Shown: in pieces, positions 13,386-30,414 of the stretch
Position numbering within the stretch: position 1 is the stretch's first letter
Layout: each line of letters starts with the position of its first letter
Origin: Eledone cirrhosa
Lineage: Eukaryota
Assembly: GCA_964016885.1 (NCBI GenBank)
Contig: OZ024740.1
Span: 278,070,001-278,134,000 of the forward strand
Direction: 5' to 3'
DNA: 64,000 nt
Translations under genes and position numbers: made by a program
Notes under the pieces: generated by a model
Database searches by the model: none
Told to the model about the DNA's origin: nothing
Seen by the model: the letters and a program-made list of their open reading frames with translations, nothing else

Positions 13386-14001
13386 TCAAGTTTTTGTGTT
13401 CATATATTGACCGTTGTGTATGGATTGACATGTGCCACATCAAGTATCATTCCATTTAGATACAGTGAATGATTGATCTTTGTTGTTAAGGTCAAACTTT
13501 GCTTTTGTTAGTAATTGCTACACAGTTAATGTGTGTGTATGGGGCGTTGGTTAACCCAATATTTCCAATTTACATCGTCCAATTTACTCGTGTGAGAGTG
13601 TGTGTGAGAGAACATCGTTATTTTTCTCCCTCATATCAAGAATTTGAAGACAATTCATTTTCACCTGATCAGATCGGTGATAATCGATCATGGCTTTACA
13701 ATCGATCTATCTCTTATTTAAACATGTGTCGTGATTAAATGATTGGAATTGTACCTTGCCTTCAGATTTTCATTTTGATACTTATACTCCGTTTTACATC
13801 ATCTAGTTGTTCCCTCGAATGGAATTGGAGATATACAAAAGCTTGGAGAACTTAATATTGCTAACATAAAGTTTTGGACCATTTTACACAACCAATAATG
13901 CACTTTAAAATATAACAACTATATATATATATGTATATATATATATATTACATATATATATATATATACATATATATATAAATACATACATATATATATA
14001 C

Positions 14002-14118
<117 letters not shown>

Positions 14119-14137
14119 CATACATATATATATATAC

Positions 14138-14209
<72 letters not shown>

Positions 14210-14311
14210 CGAAGGAAATGTGGTAAGGAACCAAATGGAACATAACGCACTTGTTAGTCTAGAATTAGCCGTCGAAACGGCTTGAGCTCATCCATCGGGG
14301 TCCTACTCGTT

Positions 14312-14386
<75 letters not shown>

Positions 14387-14561
14387 GTTAACTTCATGAT
14401 TTAAAAAAAGCCACAGATCAAAGTTGTGATAGAGGTTATCCTTTCATTGAAAGCGATTTTGTTTGTTTTTCAGCTTTCATAGAAACCTTAACTTGACACC
14501 TTTCAATACAGACACTCGTACACATCCACACACACACACACACACACACATGTATATATAA

Positions 14562-14750
14562 TGGCGGTGGATTGGCAGTATCGGTAGAGGATCGGACGCC
14601 ATGCTTTGACGCATAGAGTTACGGCCCTTGTCATTTTGAGTTCAAATCCCGCCGAGGTTAACTTTGCCTTTCATCCTTACGGGGTCGATAAAATAAAGTA
14701 CCAGTAATGCACTGGGTATTTGCTGGCCTTGTGCCAAAAGTAGATCAATT
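14562..14750 (+). mobile_element. SINE family A
   Basis: Near-consensus full-length copy. Confidence 0.85.
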
Positions 14751-15324
14751 ATATATATTATATATATTATATATATATTAACAAAGTCAATTTGGAATTT
14801 TGTTATTTTCTTTGTGGGCTTTTCAGAATATTTTTGTTCGTTTTCCTTTTAGGTTTTCTTAACAAATAGTGCTTTTTTATATGTGTTTCCTATAAGATGA
14901 ATTATGTCTAACTGGGAACAAGGAAAAATATAATCTTTCATAGTACGGTTGTTTGTGCAATTCCAACATTCTAGGTTGTATACATCAATTGACTTTTCAT
15001 TCTTTATTGAATCATAAACATGTCTTGGATTTTAAACATCGCGGAGCCCTACCCTCTCCAGCTTTGAAAACGGCCGACGTCTTCCAGAGAAGAAGGGAAA
15101 GGGATAGTGAGAAAGACAGAGAGATGGAAGATATTGAGAAATGGAATTAAATTGAGAGTGAAACAGAAGTCATGAGATAGAGATATAGATGAGGAATCGA
15201 CACTAGTACTGATCTGTAGATTAGCAGGGCAGTTCATATGTTTTACGCACCGACACTCACACACACACAGATTTACAGATACATACACACAGACACATGC
15301 ACACGCATACATGCATACATACAT

Positions 15325-15932
15325 GGTGGCTGCCAACTCGTTTTCGAGTACGGCCACTACCTTATATCCATGTAGGAGAACCCCCTACCGATGCACTGAA
15401 CGAGTGTGACATTTTAGTTCAGCCAGCGACTTGAAAACTCTGGTACAAACACTACACTTGTGACAATTATTGACACATAGTGCTGGGCCCATGATACCAT
15501 GTGACGACAAGTGCAGAGAGATCTCCAGATATAAAACAATTCCTGTGCCGTGAAGCTTTTATAGTGAGCAAAAGCACTGCACAAAGCCAGTCCCACTCTC
15601 TTAACCAAGATGATATTTACCAAAAAGAAGAACAAGTCAACATCATTGGATACCATCAGGGTTGCAGGTGTTCTATCAGAGTTTTCCTTCTCCTAGAATT
15701 CTGCCTTGACAAAGGGTAAGGTGTCATCCCTCCCGCTGATTTTGGATGGCCATTGACTCTTATGAGCTCCTTTGCCCTTTGACAGGTTTTGTTTTTAGTC
15801 CTGCGGGATGTCCAAAGTCAGCCTCCTCATCAAGAAACCTTGGTGGGGTTGCCAGTTTAGTCGCCAACGACCCGACCATGAGACAGGTTGTACTGGGATA
15901 CATGTTACCAGTAGCACCAACTGGTGAACTGA
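15325..15932 (-). mobile_element. Internally deleted (bipartite) RTE-clade LINE derivative
   Basis: Minus strand: 5' UTR-like part with ctaggagaaggaaaac motif; 3' part encodes HKCSVCTRVFKSLAELKCHTRSVHR* (C2H2 finger, 15385-15462); both ends abut (TGTA)n. Confidence 0.65.
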
Positions 15933-16849
15933 CATACATAAATACATTCATACATACATGCATACATACATACATACATACATACATACATACATACATA
16001 CATACATACATACATACATACATACATACGCTCATGCATACATGTGTGTAAGTGTAAGTGGTTGTGTGGTTGAATGCGATTAGATGCTCTCTAGTTGGTT
16101 ATAACTTTGTATTCCTAATTTAATCTAATAATCACCATGAGATGTATTGCACTGCATTTTCAATAGTAACATATGTAATATGAGAGAGTATAAACATTTG
16201 TTTTGTTCTTTTCAGTTTATTAGTAGATATTTATTGTGAAACATTGCGAAACTGTCATGAATCATTTAAACAATATTATGCTAAACGGAAACCCATAACG
16301 TAGAATTATGGCTGCTGATTTTTCACCATATAACACATATAAACAAAGGTTTGGCAATACTTGATTTGAATTATCAATACATTCACGTCTTGTTTACATA
16401 TAGCAGTTGAATCTCTCCTCCAGATCTACAAATCCAATTAGAAATATGCTAGGTAAATTCTAAATAAAGTTCTAGAAATATTAAATATATTATACATAAT
16501 TCCTATACAAAAATAGACTGCTTCTGAAATGTTCCGTAATTTATAATATTCTGCGGCTACCCATACATTTGGTATATACATAGACATGTATGTCTATGTA
16601 TATATGTATATATGTATATATATACGTGTGTGTCTGTATGTATGTGTATGTATGTATTTATATGTATGTATGTGTATATGTGTATGTTTGTGTATATATA
16701 TGTATATATATAAAAAAATAGAGGTGTGACACACGAGTTGTGATATATTAGTAAAAAGGAAAAGAAATGGTTTAAAAATGTTCCCAGTGAAAAATAGTTT
16801 AATTAGGAATAAGTATAAATTAGTAATAAGTATTGGTTAGTATATATAT

Positions 16850-19545
16850 ATATGTTTAAAGAAAATAAAACAGATGTTATTTTCTCTTCTGTTCTAGTCA
16901 CCACACCAAAATGGCATAAACGGATCGAGTGAATAGAGACGAATGACTATTCATATTTGATGCTGTCTACTGGAAGGAGAGTATTTTCTTAAACATATAA
17001 GAAAATGTAGTCCCCCAACTCAAGCCAATTAAGGCGTTCCTGTGTGGTCATTCCAATGCTAAAACCTGCAAGAAATTCATCTCAATATCACACAATACCT
17101 TCTTATATGAACCCCGTGGCACCCTCAAGGTGAAGGGGGGTAAGGGGGGGGGGGGGGGCGATTAGCAAAATTATACTACAGGCAGGTATTTAATGTCTTG
17201 GGTGGTTAAAAAATATTCCTACCATCATCAGGAAAATAACGATAAGGGAAGAACAAAAGACAATTGCATCAAATTTAATTATATTTTAACAGATTATTTT
17301 ATTTTTAATTTTGTAAATGTCTGTATTTAAAATGTATGAATGCATCGATGTTTCATTTATACTGAATTGTATTCTATGGAGTAAGAACCGTAGATTTTCA
17401 GTGTAGACCTCAAATATTTCCCCCGGCATGGCGATGGGAATTTTTCAATGACATGGGCTCTTGAACAGGAAGAGTTCTTTACCCGGTGTGTATTTTTTTC
17501 TGGGTGCCTTTTATATTAAATAGCACTTCTTTTTTAATATGAATATGTAGCTATGTATCAAAATATATTGTCACTTTTTTTTTTAGTTGCGTAGGAACAG
17601 CAGTCTAGCTTCAAGAAACCTAACACCCACTTTTTCGATCGATCCTTGTTTCCTAAATTCTTACTGAAGCCAAAATTACATACGTCCGGTACACCAAAAA
17701 ATGATTGGTCCTTTCATTGGCCACGTGACTCAAATTAATTAATTTTCAGAAAAGCCTAATTGTGGAATCAAGCAATTGAAAGCTTGAATTTCTGATAAAA
17801 ATAACTTTTTATCTGGATGTCTCGTGTGTTCTATCCATTTCCTGTGTCCATCTATTCACTCTAGCAAAAAGACACACATTTCCTCTCGCGCGCAGATGAC
17901 AGCGACTAGACAAAATATATCCCCAGAAATAAAGTAAAACATTTAAATGCATATTTAATCCGTTGCCAATTTCGAAAACTTTAACATTGCCGTAATATTT
18001 GATTTGAAACCTTATGTTGAAATTAAATTTTAGTCGAAAAACATAAAGAGCATCCATCTTAATTTGCATTAACACATTTTCTCGTGGTAAAAGACGGTGA
18101 TTAAATATAATTAATACACATATAATTATTCGATTTTATTAAATGTATATACTAATGTAAAAGAAAAGAATTTGCCTTTTAAGAAACTGTCATTTCAATT
18201 TGTTCATGTCATCTAATTGATGGTCTTAGTGTACTCATAATTACTGGAGAGTAATCATATTTATGCATATTAAACATCTATCCAAGGCGAAATACATTCT
18301 ATCAGCTGTTTTGAAGATAGACCACGGCTCCATAAATTTTTTTAAAATTTAGGATGCAAAGGAAAATAGAAAATGAAACAAAATGTAAACCTTGATATAA
18401 AAGCAATCGTTAATAGAAATCCATTGATATTTTTCTTTTTCTCATACATAATTTGGTTTTGTTTTCCTTTCCAACAAAAACAAAAAAAAATACGCTCAAA
18501 TTATGTTTTTTTAAATAGGGTGTCAAAGATTACTTTCAGAAAAGTATCCATTGTTATTAATAGGATATTTTCAGTCTTCAAATCTCAATGGTATTTTAAG
18601 AAAGTTTGGAATATAATTATCGAATATATGTGTGACTATTCATTTGATTATCATAAAGAAATAACCAAATTTGCTTTATCCAAAGTCTTTAGAAAATTGT
18701 GTATACTTTTAGTGATCGATTTTTTAAAGTTTATAATATATTTAAACATATATAAAACTTTCATATTTATTATATTATTTAGTTTTACTATTGTTAATTA
18801 GTGTTTTGCTTTTGAATGTTATTATTATACTGAGGTGAGGGCGGTGGATTGTCAGTATTAGTAGAGAGTCGGACACCATGCTTTGCAGCATAGTGTTACG
18901 GTCCTTTATGGTCTGAGTTCAAATCCCACCGAGGTTAACTTTGCCTTTCGTCCTTACGGGGTCGATAAAATAAAGTACCAGTAATACACTGGAATTAATT
19001 GCTGACCTTTTGCCAAAAGTAGAAACAATTATTATACTGAAGTCACTTTTCCCTGCAAGTTCGCTCGAGGCAAAGTTAACTTCGGTGCGCTTTGAACTCA
19101 GGTCGCAGGAATCCCCAAAGCATTCTATCTAATGTTCTAAAGACGTTGATATTTCATTGCCTATGTCGATTATTTAATACACATTAATATTTATTTTATC
19201 GTCCCAGAATGTTAATAAATGTAGTCAGATAGCTACTGTAATAGTTATATTGCTATGACTTTAAGGTGTATCAGCGATAAAATCACTTGACACACTTTGT
19301 GATGTATGACACACTGTCTGATGTATTAGTTATTTTGATATTGGGTTGTTTATGTTTTGGTTGAGAAAGGTGTTTAACCTCAGGTTATTCATATTAAAAA
19401 TTCTTATTTAGTCCAGAAATAGCCGTCGAAACGGCTTGAGCTCTGCCGTCGGGGTCATACTTGTTCCAATTACCCACTCTACTGCCCTAAGTATTGAGTA
19501 CTTTGGTGCGTTATGGTCCATCTGGTTCCTTACCACAATTCCATC

Positions 19546-19632
<87 letters not shown>

Positions 19633-19851
19633 GAAAACAGGGAGAATGAGACGATTATGAAGAAGAAAAATATTTATTTTCCTTTTTTGTTCCTCTCTCT
19701 CTCTCTTCTGGGTTAGAAAATGATTAAAACGAAGTGTTTTACTTTGTGTCAAGTGTTAAGGTATTAGTTGATTTATTTATTATTTAACAATGGCATTTAT
19801 TTATCTATTTATATATTTAATTATTTTCTATATATATATATATACATATTG

Positions 19852-19949
<98 letters not shown>

Positions 19950-20624
19950 GGTGAAAGTGAAGGAGGAAGGCATTCTCAAACTGGAAACCAGGGCTGAAAT
20001 TTTGCAACAGAGTAAATTCAATTACAGGAACTCAAGGGCCAGCTGGTGGTTTTGAACAGGGTGATGGATTAATTCCTCTACCCAATGATATATTGAGAAT
20101 TGCTTTCTCGTATATATAACATTAAACTATAATCAATAACTATGACAGAATCAATATTAATATTCGCCACTGAGCATATTTTCGTTCCTCCAGTATATAT
20201 TCTATTTTCAGCAGCAATACAGCCACAATATATGGAGAAATGATAGATATAGATATTTAACAGATATAGATTCTTCTGAAGTTAATATTATACAATATTT
20301 ATAGTATTTTATAGAATACGAGTCTATGTTTGTTTGTTTTGTGTGTGTGCGTATTTTCTGTGGATGCACATGTTTTTGCTGGTTAACTTTTGTTTGAATA
20401 TATATATATAATGTGGGCTTTCATTTTACCTATAGGGGTCTTTAAAGTGAAACATAATTGACATTTTATCGAATCTGGGAAGATTAGAAGTTTTAATCTA
20501 GAGACAACACAGAAATTAAAACTATTGAAATAGAACTAATATAACACATAGATACTGCACATCAATTTAATTAGCACCTATTTTAACCTGTAATAGATTA
20601 ATTAACTATCTGCCTCCTAAATAC
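16850..20624 (+). repeat. Segmental duplication copy B
   Basis: See copy A; carries extra 18152-18422 and lacks the counterparts of 3905-4875 and 5068-6305. Confidence 0.95.
18839..19032 (+). mobile_element. SINE family A (duplicated with 3349-3543)
   Basis: Same flanks and diagnostic substitutions as the copy A SINE. Confidence 0.85.
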
Positions 20625-20952
20625 GCACACATGTATTGCACATTGATGGGCACATACATATTTGTACACAAGTATCCAATACGCAGGGCCTAATGGATTC
20701 CCCTTGCAGTACGTACAATCTGGACACTCACACACACCTTGGTGTTATGACAATACTATACATCATTTCACCCCTTTTATTATTGATGTTTTTGATGTTC
20801 CCTTGAGAGAATCGGTTTTGCAAATGACTGAAAATATCGAATAATGTACGCCATTTTTACAGTATCACAAAAATACTGGTCCATCCACACACACATATAT
20901 ACACACACACACACATACACACACACACACGCGTACACTAACATACAAAAGG

Positions 20953-21037
<85 letters not shown>

Positions 21038-21359
21038 CTCCATATAAGACAAGAGATGAAAAATATGTTTCAACATGTTAAAATACCCCCCACACAAGTA
21101 CACACACATTCCTACTGACCGATTCATTCCCTCTACCACGAACCACTCTGCTACACACACACACACACAGACACACACACACACACACATATTTGTCTTA
21201 ATAGACACCTGTACTGTTGACCTTTCAACATGACTGCAACTCACACACACATCCCCATTGACCATTATCACAAATATGACCTTCTTTACTACACACAGAC
21301 ACACACATATTTGTCTTAATAGACATGTTTTTCAGTGACTTCTCAACATGACTGCAACT

Positions 21360-21807
21360 CAATCAAGCGAAAATGGACACTCTTCGAGAAACCTACATTT
21401 GGCGCCAAACCAGTTCGCGCTAAAATCAATTTTTAACCTTCGCGTGTCCTCTACCGACCAATCAAAATTGTTTTGACTACAAGAATGTTTGCAACACGAA
21501 TTGGCGCGAAATTTATAGTACTTATTCACATGACATTCAACAACCAACCAAATCTTAATACCTCTGGAGCCACTTTTTTCACATAAAACAAGAAGAATTT
21601 GCAAAACTGATCAGATTAGAGCAAACATCACGAGCGCTCTATTTAAAAATTATTTTGGAAAAGCATTAGAAATGCGCAACAGGTAAAAACTTAAAAACTT
21701 AAAATTAAAACTGAATACTAAACAATACTTATTACTAATTTATACTTATTCCTAATTAAACTATTTTTCACTGGGAAAAATTTGTCAGCATTTTCTTTTC
21801 CTTTTTA

Positions 21808-21810
<3 letters not shown>
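21360..21810 (+). mobile_element. (TA)n-associated repeat family (probable PLE end) with variant HHR at ~21651-21688
   Basis: Homologous segments at 16750-16840, 26860-27065 and 43665-43865; ttt-TGGAAAA-gcat-tagaa-atgc-GCAAC-ag-GTA-aaa. Confidence 0.55.
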
Positions 21811-21841
<31 letters not shown>

Positions 21842-22344
21842 TTTATTTATATATATGTGTGTGTATATATATATGTATGTGTATATGTATATATATATAT
21901 ATGTATGTGTGTGTAAGTCTGTATATGTGTATATGTGTTTATATGTATATAAATCATATATATATATATATATATGATTTTCAAAGCTATTTAAACGTAT
22001 TGTTCTTACTCTGGGGTACTATTCCCTATCGAGTGCTAAAGCTACATACCGTTCCTGCAAAAAGTTCCTAGAGCAAATGATCAATGAAAATAAGCATTAA
22101 ATCACTGTATGTAGTTATGCATATACATACACATACATATATACATATACATACACACACACACACAACCATGCAAATACACACATACATACATATAGAT
22201 ACATTTACGTATATATATATATATACATATAGGAAAAATTATTTTCCCGACGGTAGAGGTCAAGCCGTTTCTGAGGCTATTTTATATATATACACAAACA
22301 ATTATATAAAAATACACACACACAAATATAAACACACACACACG

Positions 22345-22385
<41 letters not shown>

Positions 22386-22476
22386 GTATAAGCATATATA
22401 TGTGTGTGTGTGTGTGTGCGTGTGTGTATGTGTGTGTTTATATTTGTGTGTGTGTATTTTTATATAATTGTTTATG

Positions 22477-22518
<42 letters not shown>

Positions 22519-22807
22519 CACACACACAAATACAACAGAAGCATATAAAATACAATTATATACACACATACATATACATACAGATATATATAAACATATA
22601 TACACATACATATACATATATCTCTATCTATCTAAGGCGGGTAAAATTCCCGAGATCCATGGACGAGTTCTCTCCAGCGGTCTCTGTCCCTCATTATCGC
22701 TGCCATATCCTGCATCTCCAACAGACCAGTGTCTGTCCTTAGGGCATCAACATATGTTAACCTTGGGAACCCCTACATGGACACACTAGAAGAGGAAGAC
22801 CAAGGTT

Positions 22808-22883
<76 letters not shown>

Positions 22884-23264
22884 TACACATATACGCAACA
22901 CACACACACACACACACAGAAATAAATATCTAGAAATAAAAAAGGTGGGTATGTAAAGGGTAAGGTAGGGAGGAAAATAAGGAAAATAAATGATATAGGA
23001 AAAGGTTTAAATATAAGGGGAGATAAGGGAGAAAATGAATATAAGAGTACAGAAAGTGAGTAAAAAACTCGTAGTGGATGTAAGGCGTAGTGAGCAGAGA
23101 AGAAGTTCAGGGTGGTTGAGTTATCGTAGGTATGTCAATCCAGTTACAGATCAGATGTGATTTCAGGTGAGGACAACAACGGCTTGACCTCTGCCGTCAT
23201 ATTTTTCCTATATGTATATATATATATGCGTCTATGTATGTATATATGTGGGTATTTACATGGT

Positions 23265-23297
<33 letters not shown>

Positions 23298-23529
23298 GTA
23301 TATGTATATATGTATGTGTATGTATATGCATGATTACATACAGTGATTTAATGCTTATTTTCATTGATCATTTGCTCCAGGAACTTGTTGAGTGCTCTAA
23401 ATCAGCTATAAACATTTATACCCTTTTCTAATTATTTATTTATTTATTATTTGTCGTATTCCCAACTATTTGTTTACCCCTTTCACCTTTTTATTTTTAT
23501 ATATATATATTTATGTATTTTCTTATATA

Positions 23530-23592
<63 letters not shown>

Positions 23593-24330
23593 CTGACCAC
23601 AGCACTTCCACTGCTGACCACTTCCTGTTGCGCGCGCACCCCACATCTCTCCTCTTCCGACCACCGCTTCTTGGATTACCCACACGCGTTATTGACTTCC
23701 AACCAAAATCTCCATTCATCCGTGTAACTTACCACTTTTCAACCATCCTATTACACCACCACCTATATAACTCACCCACACACACACCCCAAAAAAATGT
23801 TTTTATCCACACGCCACCCACACCCACAACACGCTTAAACCACACACACGTGCTTCCCACCACATATTTACACCCTCAGCCCCCTGATTCCTCTCCCCCC
23901 ACCCCCTATCCACACACGCACAGACCCTCCGACCCACAAAAACACCCGCCACACACACCTTCCTGAACATGCAACCTCGTTCTTCCCCCAACCCTCACTT
24001 TCACATACACACACACACACACACACGCACACCTAACCACACACACCACCTTCAGCCCTCCCCGCTCGGACACCCCGTCTCCCTCTCCCCACTCCACCCG
24101 CCACCACCTCTACTCACCCCACACCCTTCCACCACCTGTTTACCCCCCTTTTAATTTCAGTTTATTTTGATCATGCCTTTATTTTTAAATTTTCTCATTC
24201 CTTGTATTTTGATCATGCTTTATTTTTATTTATTATTTATTATATTTTTGTCTTTATTTGTTAATTTTTCATTCGCACCGTTTGCTTTCGCTATATGTCT
24301 CTCCACCACTCCCCTACACACCTTTTGAAC

Positions 24331-24370
24331 TCTCACCTGAAGAAGGGCTTATGCCCGAAACGTCGTCCCC
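24331..24370 (+). ncRNA. Hammerhead-like core (stem I unpaired)
   Basis: CTGAAGA-a-gggc-ttat-gccc-GAAAC-gtc-GTC; follows a C/A-rich tract like the 3' UTRs of other PLEs here. Confidence 0.5.
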
Positions 24371-24629
24371 CACCTACCCCCCACTCTCCTGAGCGTGAAT
24401 TTAATAAACATTTATCGTACTGCCTCTCTGTTGTGTCCCTGTTCAATTTTTCATTATATATATATATATATATATATGTGTATCTGTATATATATATATT
24501 TAAGAGTTAAACAAGGTTCAATGAATACTTCTAGGAATGAGTTTTACAAACATACATGTGTGTGTATGTATTTGTATGTATGTGTGTGTGTATATGTATG
24601 TATGTGTATATATATATATTATTATTAAA

Positions 24630-24818
24630 TAATTGTTTCTACTTTAGGCACAAGGCCAGCAATTACCCAGTACATTACTGGTACTTTATTTTATCGACCC
24701 CGTAAGGATGAAATGCAAAGTCAACCTCGGCGGGATTTGAACTCAGATCGTAAAGGGACGTAACTATGCTGGAAAGCATGGCGTCCGACCCTCTACCGAT
24801 ACTGCCAATCCACCGCCC
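24630..24818 (-). mobile_element. SINE family A
   Basis: Full-length match. Confidence 0.85.
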
Positions 24819-25539
24819 TATAAGGTTTGTATAATCTTAAATTTCCTTTATTATCTTAACATTTATAACATTTAATATAAGTAGATAACTTAATTTCCTT
24901 CACGCTGTTTTGCTATTATATAGAAATGATTTTCTCCGATTTCTTCTCCGTTTTCTCCGAAAAGTCTATAAGTTTAGAAAAATTCCTATATCTTAAACAT
25001 AAAAGTCCTTTATTGTATGTATGTATATGTATGTATGTATAGGTATATATATATATATATTTATATGTATATATATATGTGTGCGTATATATGAATATAT
25101 TCTTTTAATAATACATAGATGTTTTAATAATATATAGTTTTAATAATATATAGATCTCAATTTTAAAGTATAGATAATCAATAATTTAATTGATAATTTA
25201 ATTGATAAACTAAACATTTAATCATATTTAAACACTGGCTAAAATTCTCCAGTTATTATTATTTATTTATTTTCAATTCACGCTTATTTACTCTTCTTTA
25301 CTTATCCAATAAATATTTATTTTTTCACTTCATCTTAAAAGTTACGCTAATACAACAACCTATCACTTAGGGCTTTCTCTTTCTCTTTCACTTTCTCTCT
25401 TTTCTTTTTTCTTCTCTTTCTCTTTCTCTTTTTCTTGTTTTCTTATTTTCCCCTTAGAGTTTGCTCTTTTTTTCTCTTTCTTTGTTCTCTTTCTTTTCTT
25501 TTCTTTCCCTTTCTCCATACCCCAACGGCTTATTTTAAA

Positions 25540-25635
25540 TATACTTGTTTCTACTTTAGGCACAAGGCCAGCAATTACCCAGTGCATTACTGGTACTTTA
25601 TTTTATCGACCCCGTAAGGATGAAAGGCAAAGTCA
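25540..25635 (-). mobile_element. SINE family A, 3' half
   Basis: Partial match. Confidence 0.75.
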
Positions 25636-25734
25636 ATTAAATATACTGTGATTTAAACATATCCGACACTAATTTGCATAATAGAATAAATAAATTTAAT
25701 AACCCCACTATCCGGGAGCTTCTAACAGAAATGG

Positions 25735-25885
25735 TCGCATTCTTTAAGGGTATGTCAATATTTATTTATAAAACTGACCTATATTATATTTTATCTGATG
25801 AAAGCACACCATAATTTAACTTGGTGTCCTTGAAATATGTATAAAGAAATAAATATGGTTTTATAAATATTGTTTACATTTGTTA
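25735..25885 (+). mobile_element. PLE-end fragment with HHR-like core (25789-25846)
   Basis: Homologous (inverted) to 8221-8370; CTGATGA-[cacca...tggtg]-GAAA-tatg-TA; stem I imperfect. Confidence 0.5.
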
Positions 25886-26383
25886 ATATATCGTATATAT
25901 ATATGTGTGTGTGTATATATATGTATATGTGTATGTATGTGTATATGTATATGTATGTGTATGTGTGTGTATGTGTATGCATTTATTTTTATGTGTGTAT
26001 GTGCAATTGTGTGTATTGCTTACCACGTGTGTTTGTTCAATTATGTGTTGCCTGTATAGCTGTCAACTTTATAATAATTTTTACAATTATTTTTATTCTT
26101 ATGTGACGGTATTTTTATTATTATATTTTTTCTTATAATTATTTGTGTGTGTGTGTATGTAGTTGTGTATACATATATCTATATTTGTGTTTGCGTATGT
26201 ATGCGTGTATATATGTGTGTATGTATGTGTGTGTATGTATGTGTGTGTATGTACGTGTGTATATATGTATGATTGTGTATGTATGTATATATATATATAT
26301 ATGTATATATAAAGAAAAAGGGATGAAATCGAAAATGCAACTGAAGTCTTATTTTTTTTTAAAATATATATATTTATTTGGTT

Positions 26384-26422
26384 CCTTTACCGGTTTCGCA
26401 GTTCTTCTGCTTTTCAAAAGGT
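26384..26422 (-). ncRNA. Minimal hammerhead motif, U3-A8 variant
   Basis: Minus strand: cctt-TTGAAAA-gcag-aagaa-ctgc-GAAAC-cg-GTA-aagg; palindromic stem III ACCGGT. Confidence 0.65.
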
Positions 26423-26599
26423 GAGTTGAGATGGAGGGTCTGTGGTTTTTCTGTGAGAAAATCCACAGACCCAAATAAATATAAATATTTTTTTAAAAAA
26501 TGAGACTTCAGTTGCATTTTCGATTTCATCCCTTTTTCTTTATACTTCCACTCGTCTAGGACACCTCGGTTATTTTTCATTTTGTAAAAAAAAACTCAC

Positions 26600-26662
<63 letters not shown>

Positions 26663-26702
26663 CGAAACATAAGTCAATTGCATGAACTCATAATCCTTTA
26701 TT

Positions 26703-26760
26703 TACTGCTATATATATTTCGATGATAGCCATTGAATGGCTATGACCTCATCAGGCAGTT
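26703..26760 (-). ncRNA. Type I hammerhead ribozyme motif
   Basis: Minus strand: actgc-CTGATGA-ggt[catagccatt-c-aatggctat]catc-GAAA-tatatata-TA-gcagt. Confidence 0.8.
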
Positions 26761-26822
26761 AGTCAGTTCTTAGATATGCCAGCTCTGTGTGTATAGTGTT
26801 GATGGTATCAGAGCCTTGGGAC

Positions 26823-26859
<37 letters not shown>

Positions 26860-26860
<1 letters not shown>

Positions 26861-27062
26861 GGAATAGAAAATGCTGACAAATTGTTCACAGTGAAAAATA
26901 GTTTAATTAGGAATAAATGAGAATTAGTAATTGCATTGGTTAGTATTCAGTTTTGGTTTTAAAACCAAAACTGAATACTAACCAATACAATTACTAATTC
27001 TCATTTATTCCTAATTAAACTATTTTTCACTGTGAACAATTTGTCAGCATTTTCTATTCCGT
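26860..27062. repeat. ~200 bp spacerless palindrome of the (TA)n-associated repeat family
   Basis: Centred on ggttttaaaacc (~26960); arms are reverse complements. Confidence 0.9.
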
Positions 27063-27295
27063 TTCCCAATATATATATATATATATATATACAAGTTAAT
27101 ACCAACATATCCGTGTTTGTATTGTAAACGATGACTAAAGTTAGCTAGATTGAAAAATACTAATTATAATAATACAGTTTGCCTGTCTCGATTTAAAATA
27201 ATAAATCAATAAAAACAAAGCATATTGGCAAATGGCCGGAAATACTTCTTTCTTTGAGCTTTTTCATTGTAAAGGACTGCCTGAGGTTTGAACTC

Positions 27296-29665
<2,370 letters not shown>

Positions 29666-29800
29666 GTGTGTGTGTGTGTGTATGTTTGTTTATTTGTATG
29701 TATGGATATGTTGATATATATGTGTGTATGTAGGTATATGTATATGTATGTGTATTTGCACGTGTATGTATATGTGTATGTATGTATATATATATATATT

Positions 29801-29831
<31 letters not shown>

Positions 29832-29996
29832 ATGTATGTATATATATGTGTATGTATATATGTGTGTGTATGTAATTGTGTGTGTGTGTGTGCATGTGTG
29901 TATATTTTTCCTTTCCTTCTTCCTTTTCCAGCCTCACTTTCATATAGATTATATTTTTGTTTTTCAAATCCAATGTCAATAAATACACCAGGATTT

Positions 29997-30057
29997 TTTC
30001 ATTCTGATGATTGAAAGCAAAATATGTTTGCTTTCAAGAAACCACTGGTAAATGAAA
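29997..30057 (+). ncRNA. Intact type I hammerhead ribozyme motif
   Basis: tttcatt-CTGATGA-ttgaaagcaaa-atatg-tttgctttcaa-GAAAC-cactg-GTA-aatgaaa: 7 bp stem I, 11 bp stem II, canonical core, GUA triplet. Confidence 0.9.
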
Positions 30058-30153
30058 TAATTGCCTTATGTTGTTTATTACATAACTATTAAGCACTGTA
30101 ACCTACATAGAGCACTCTTTTTTCCTGGACCTTTCCGACGGAATTACTTCATT

Positions 30154-30234
<81 letters not shown>

Positions 30235-30319
30235 ATGTGTGTGTGTGTGTATATGCGTATATATATATATGTGTATATGTGTAAGTGTGTGTGTGTTTAT
30301 GGATATATATATATGTATA

Positions 30320-30414
<95 letters not shown>

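Noticed and set aside
14562-14660. tRNA-like A and B boxes
   Set aside because: SINE head; no cloverleaf, and it continues into the SINE body
15845-15930. Possible HDV-like ribozyme in the RTE 5' UTR
   Set aside because: P4/J4-2/P2-like pieces are present, but no convincing P1 or P3-L3
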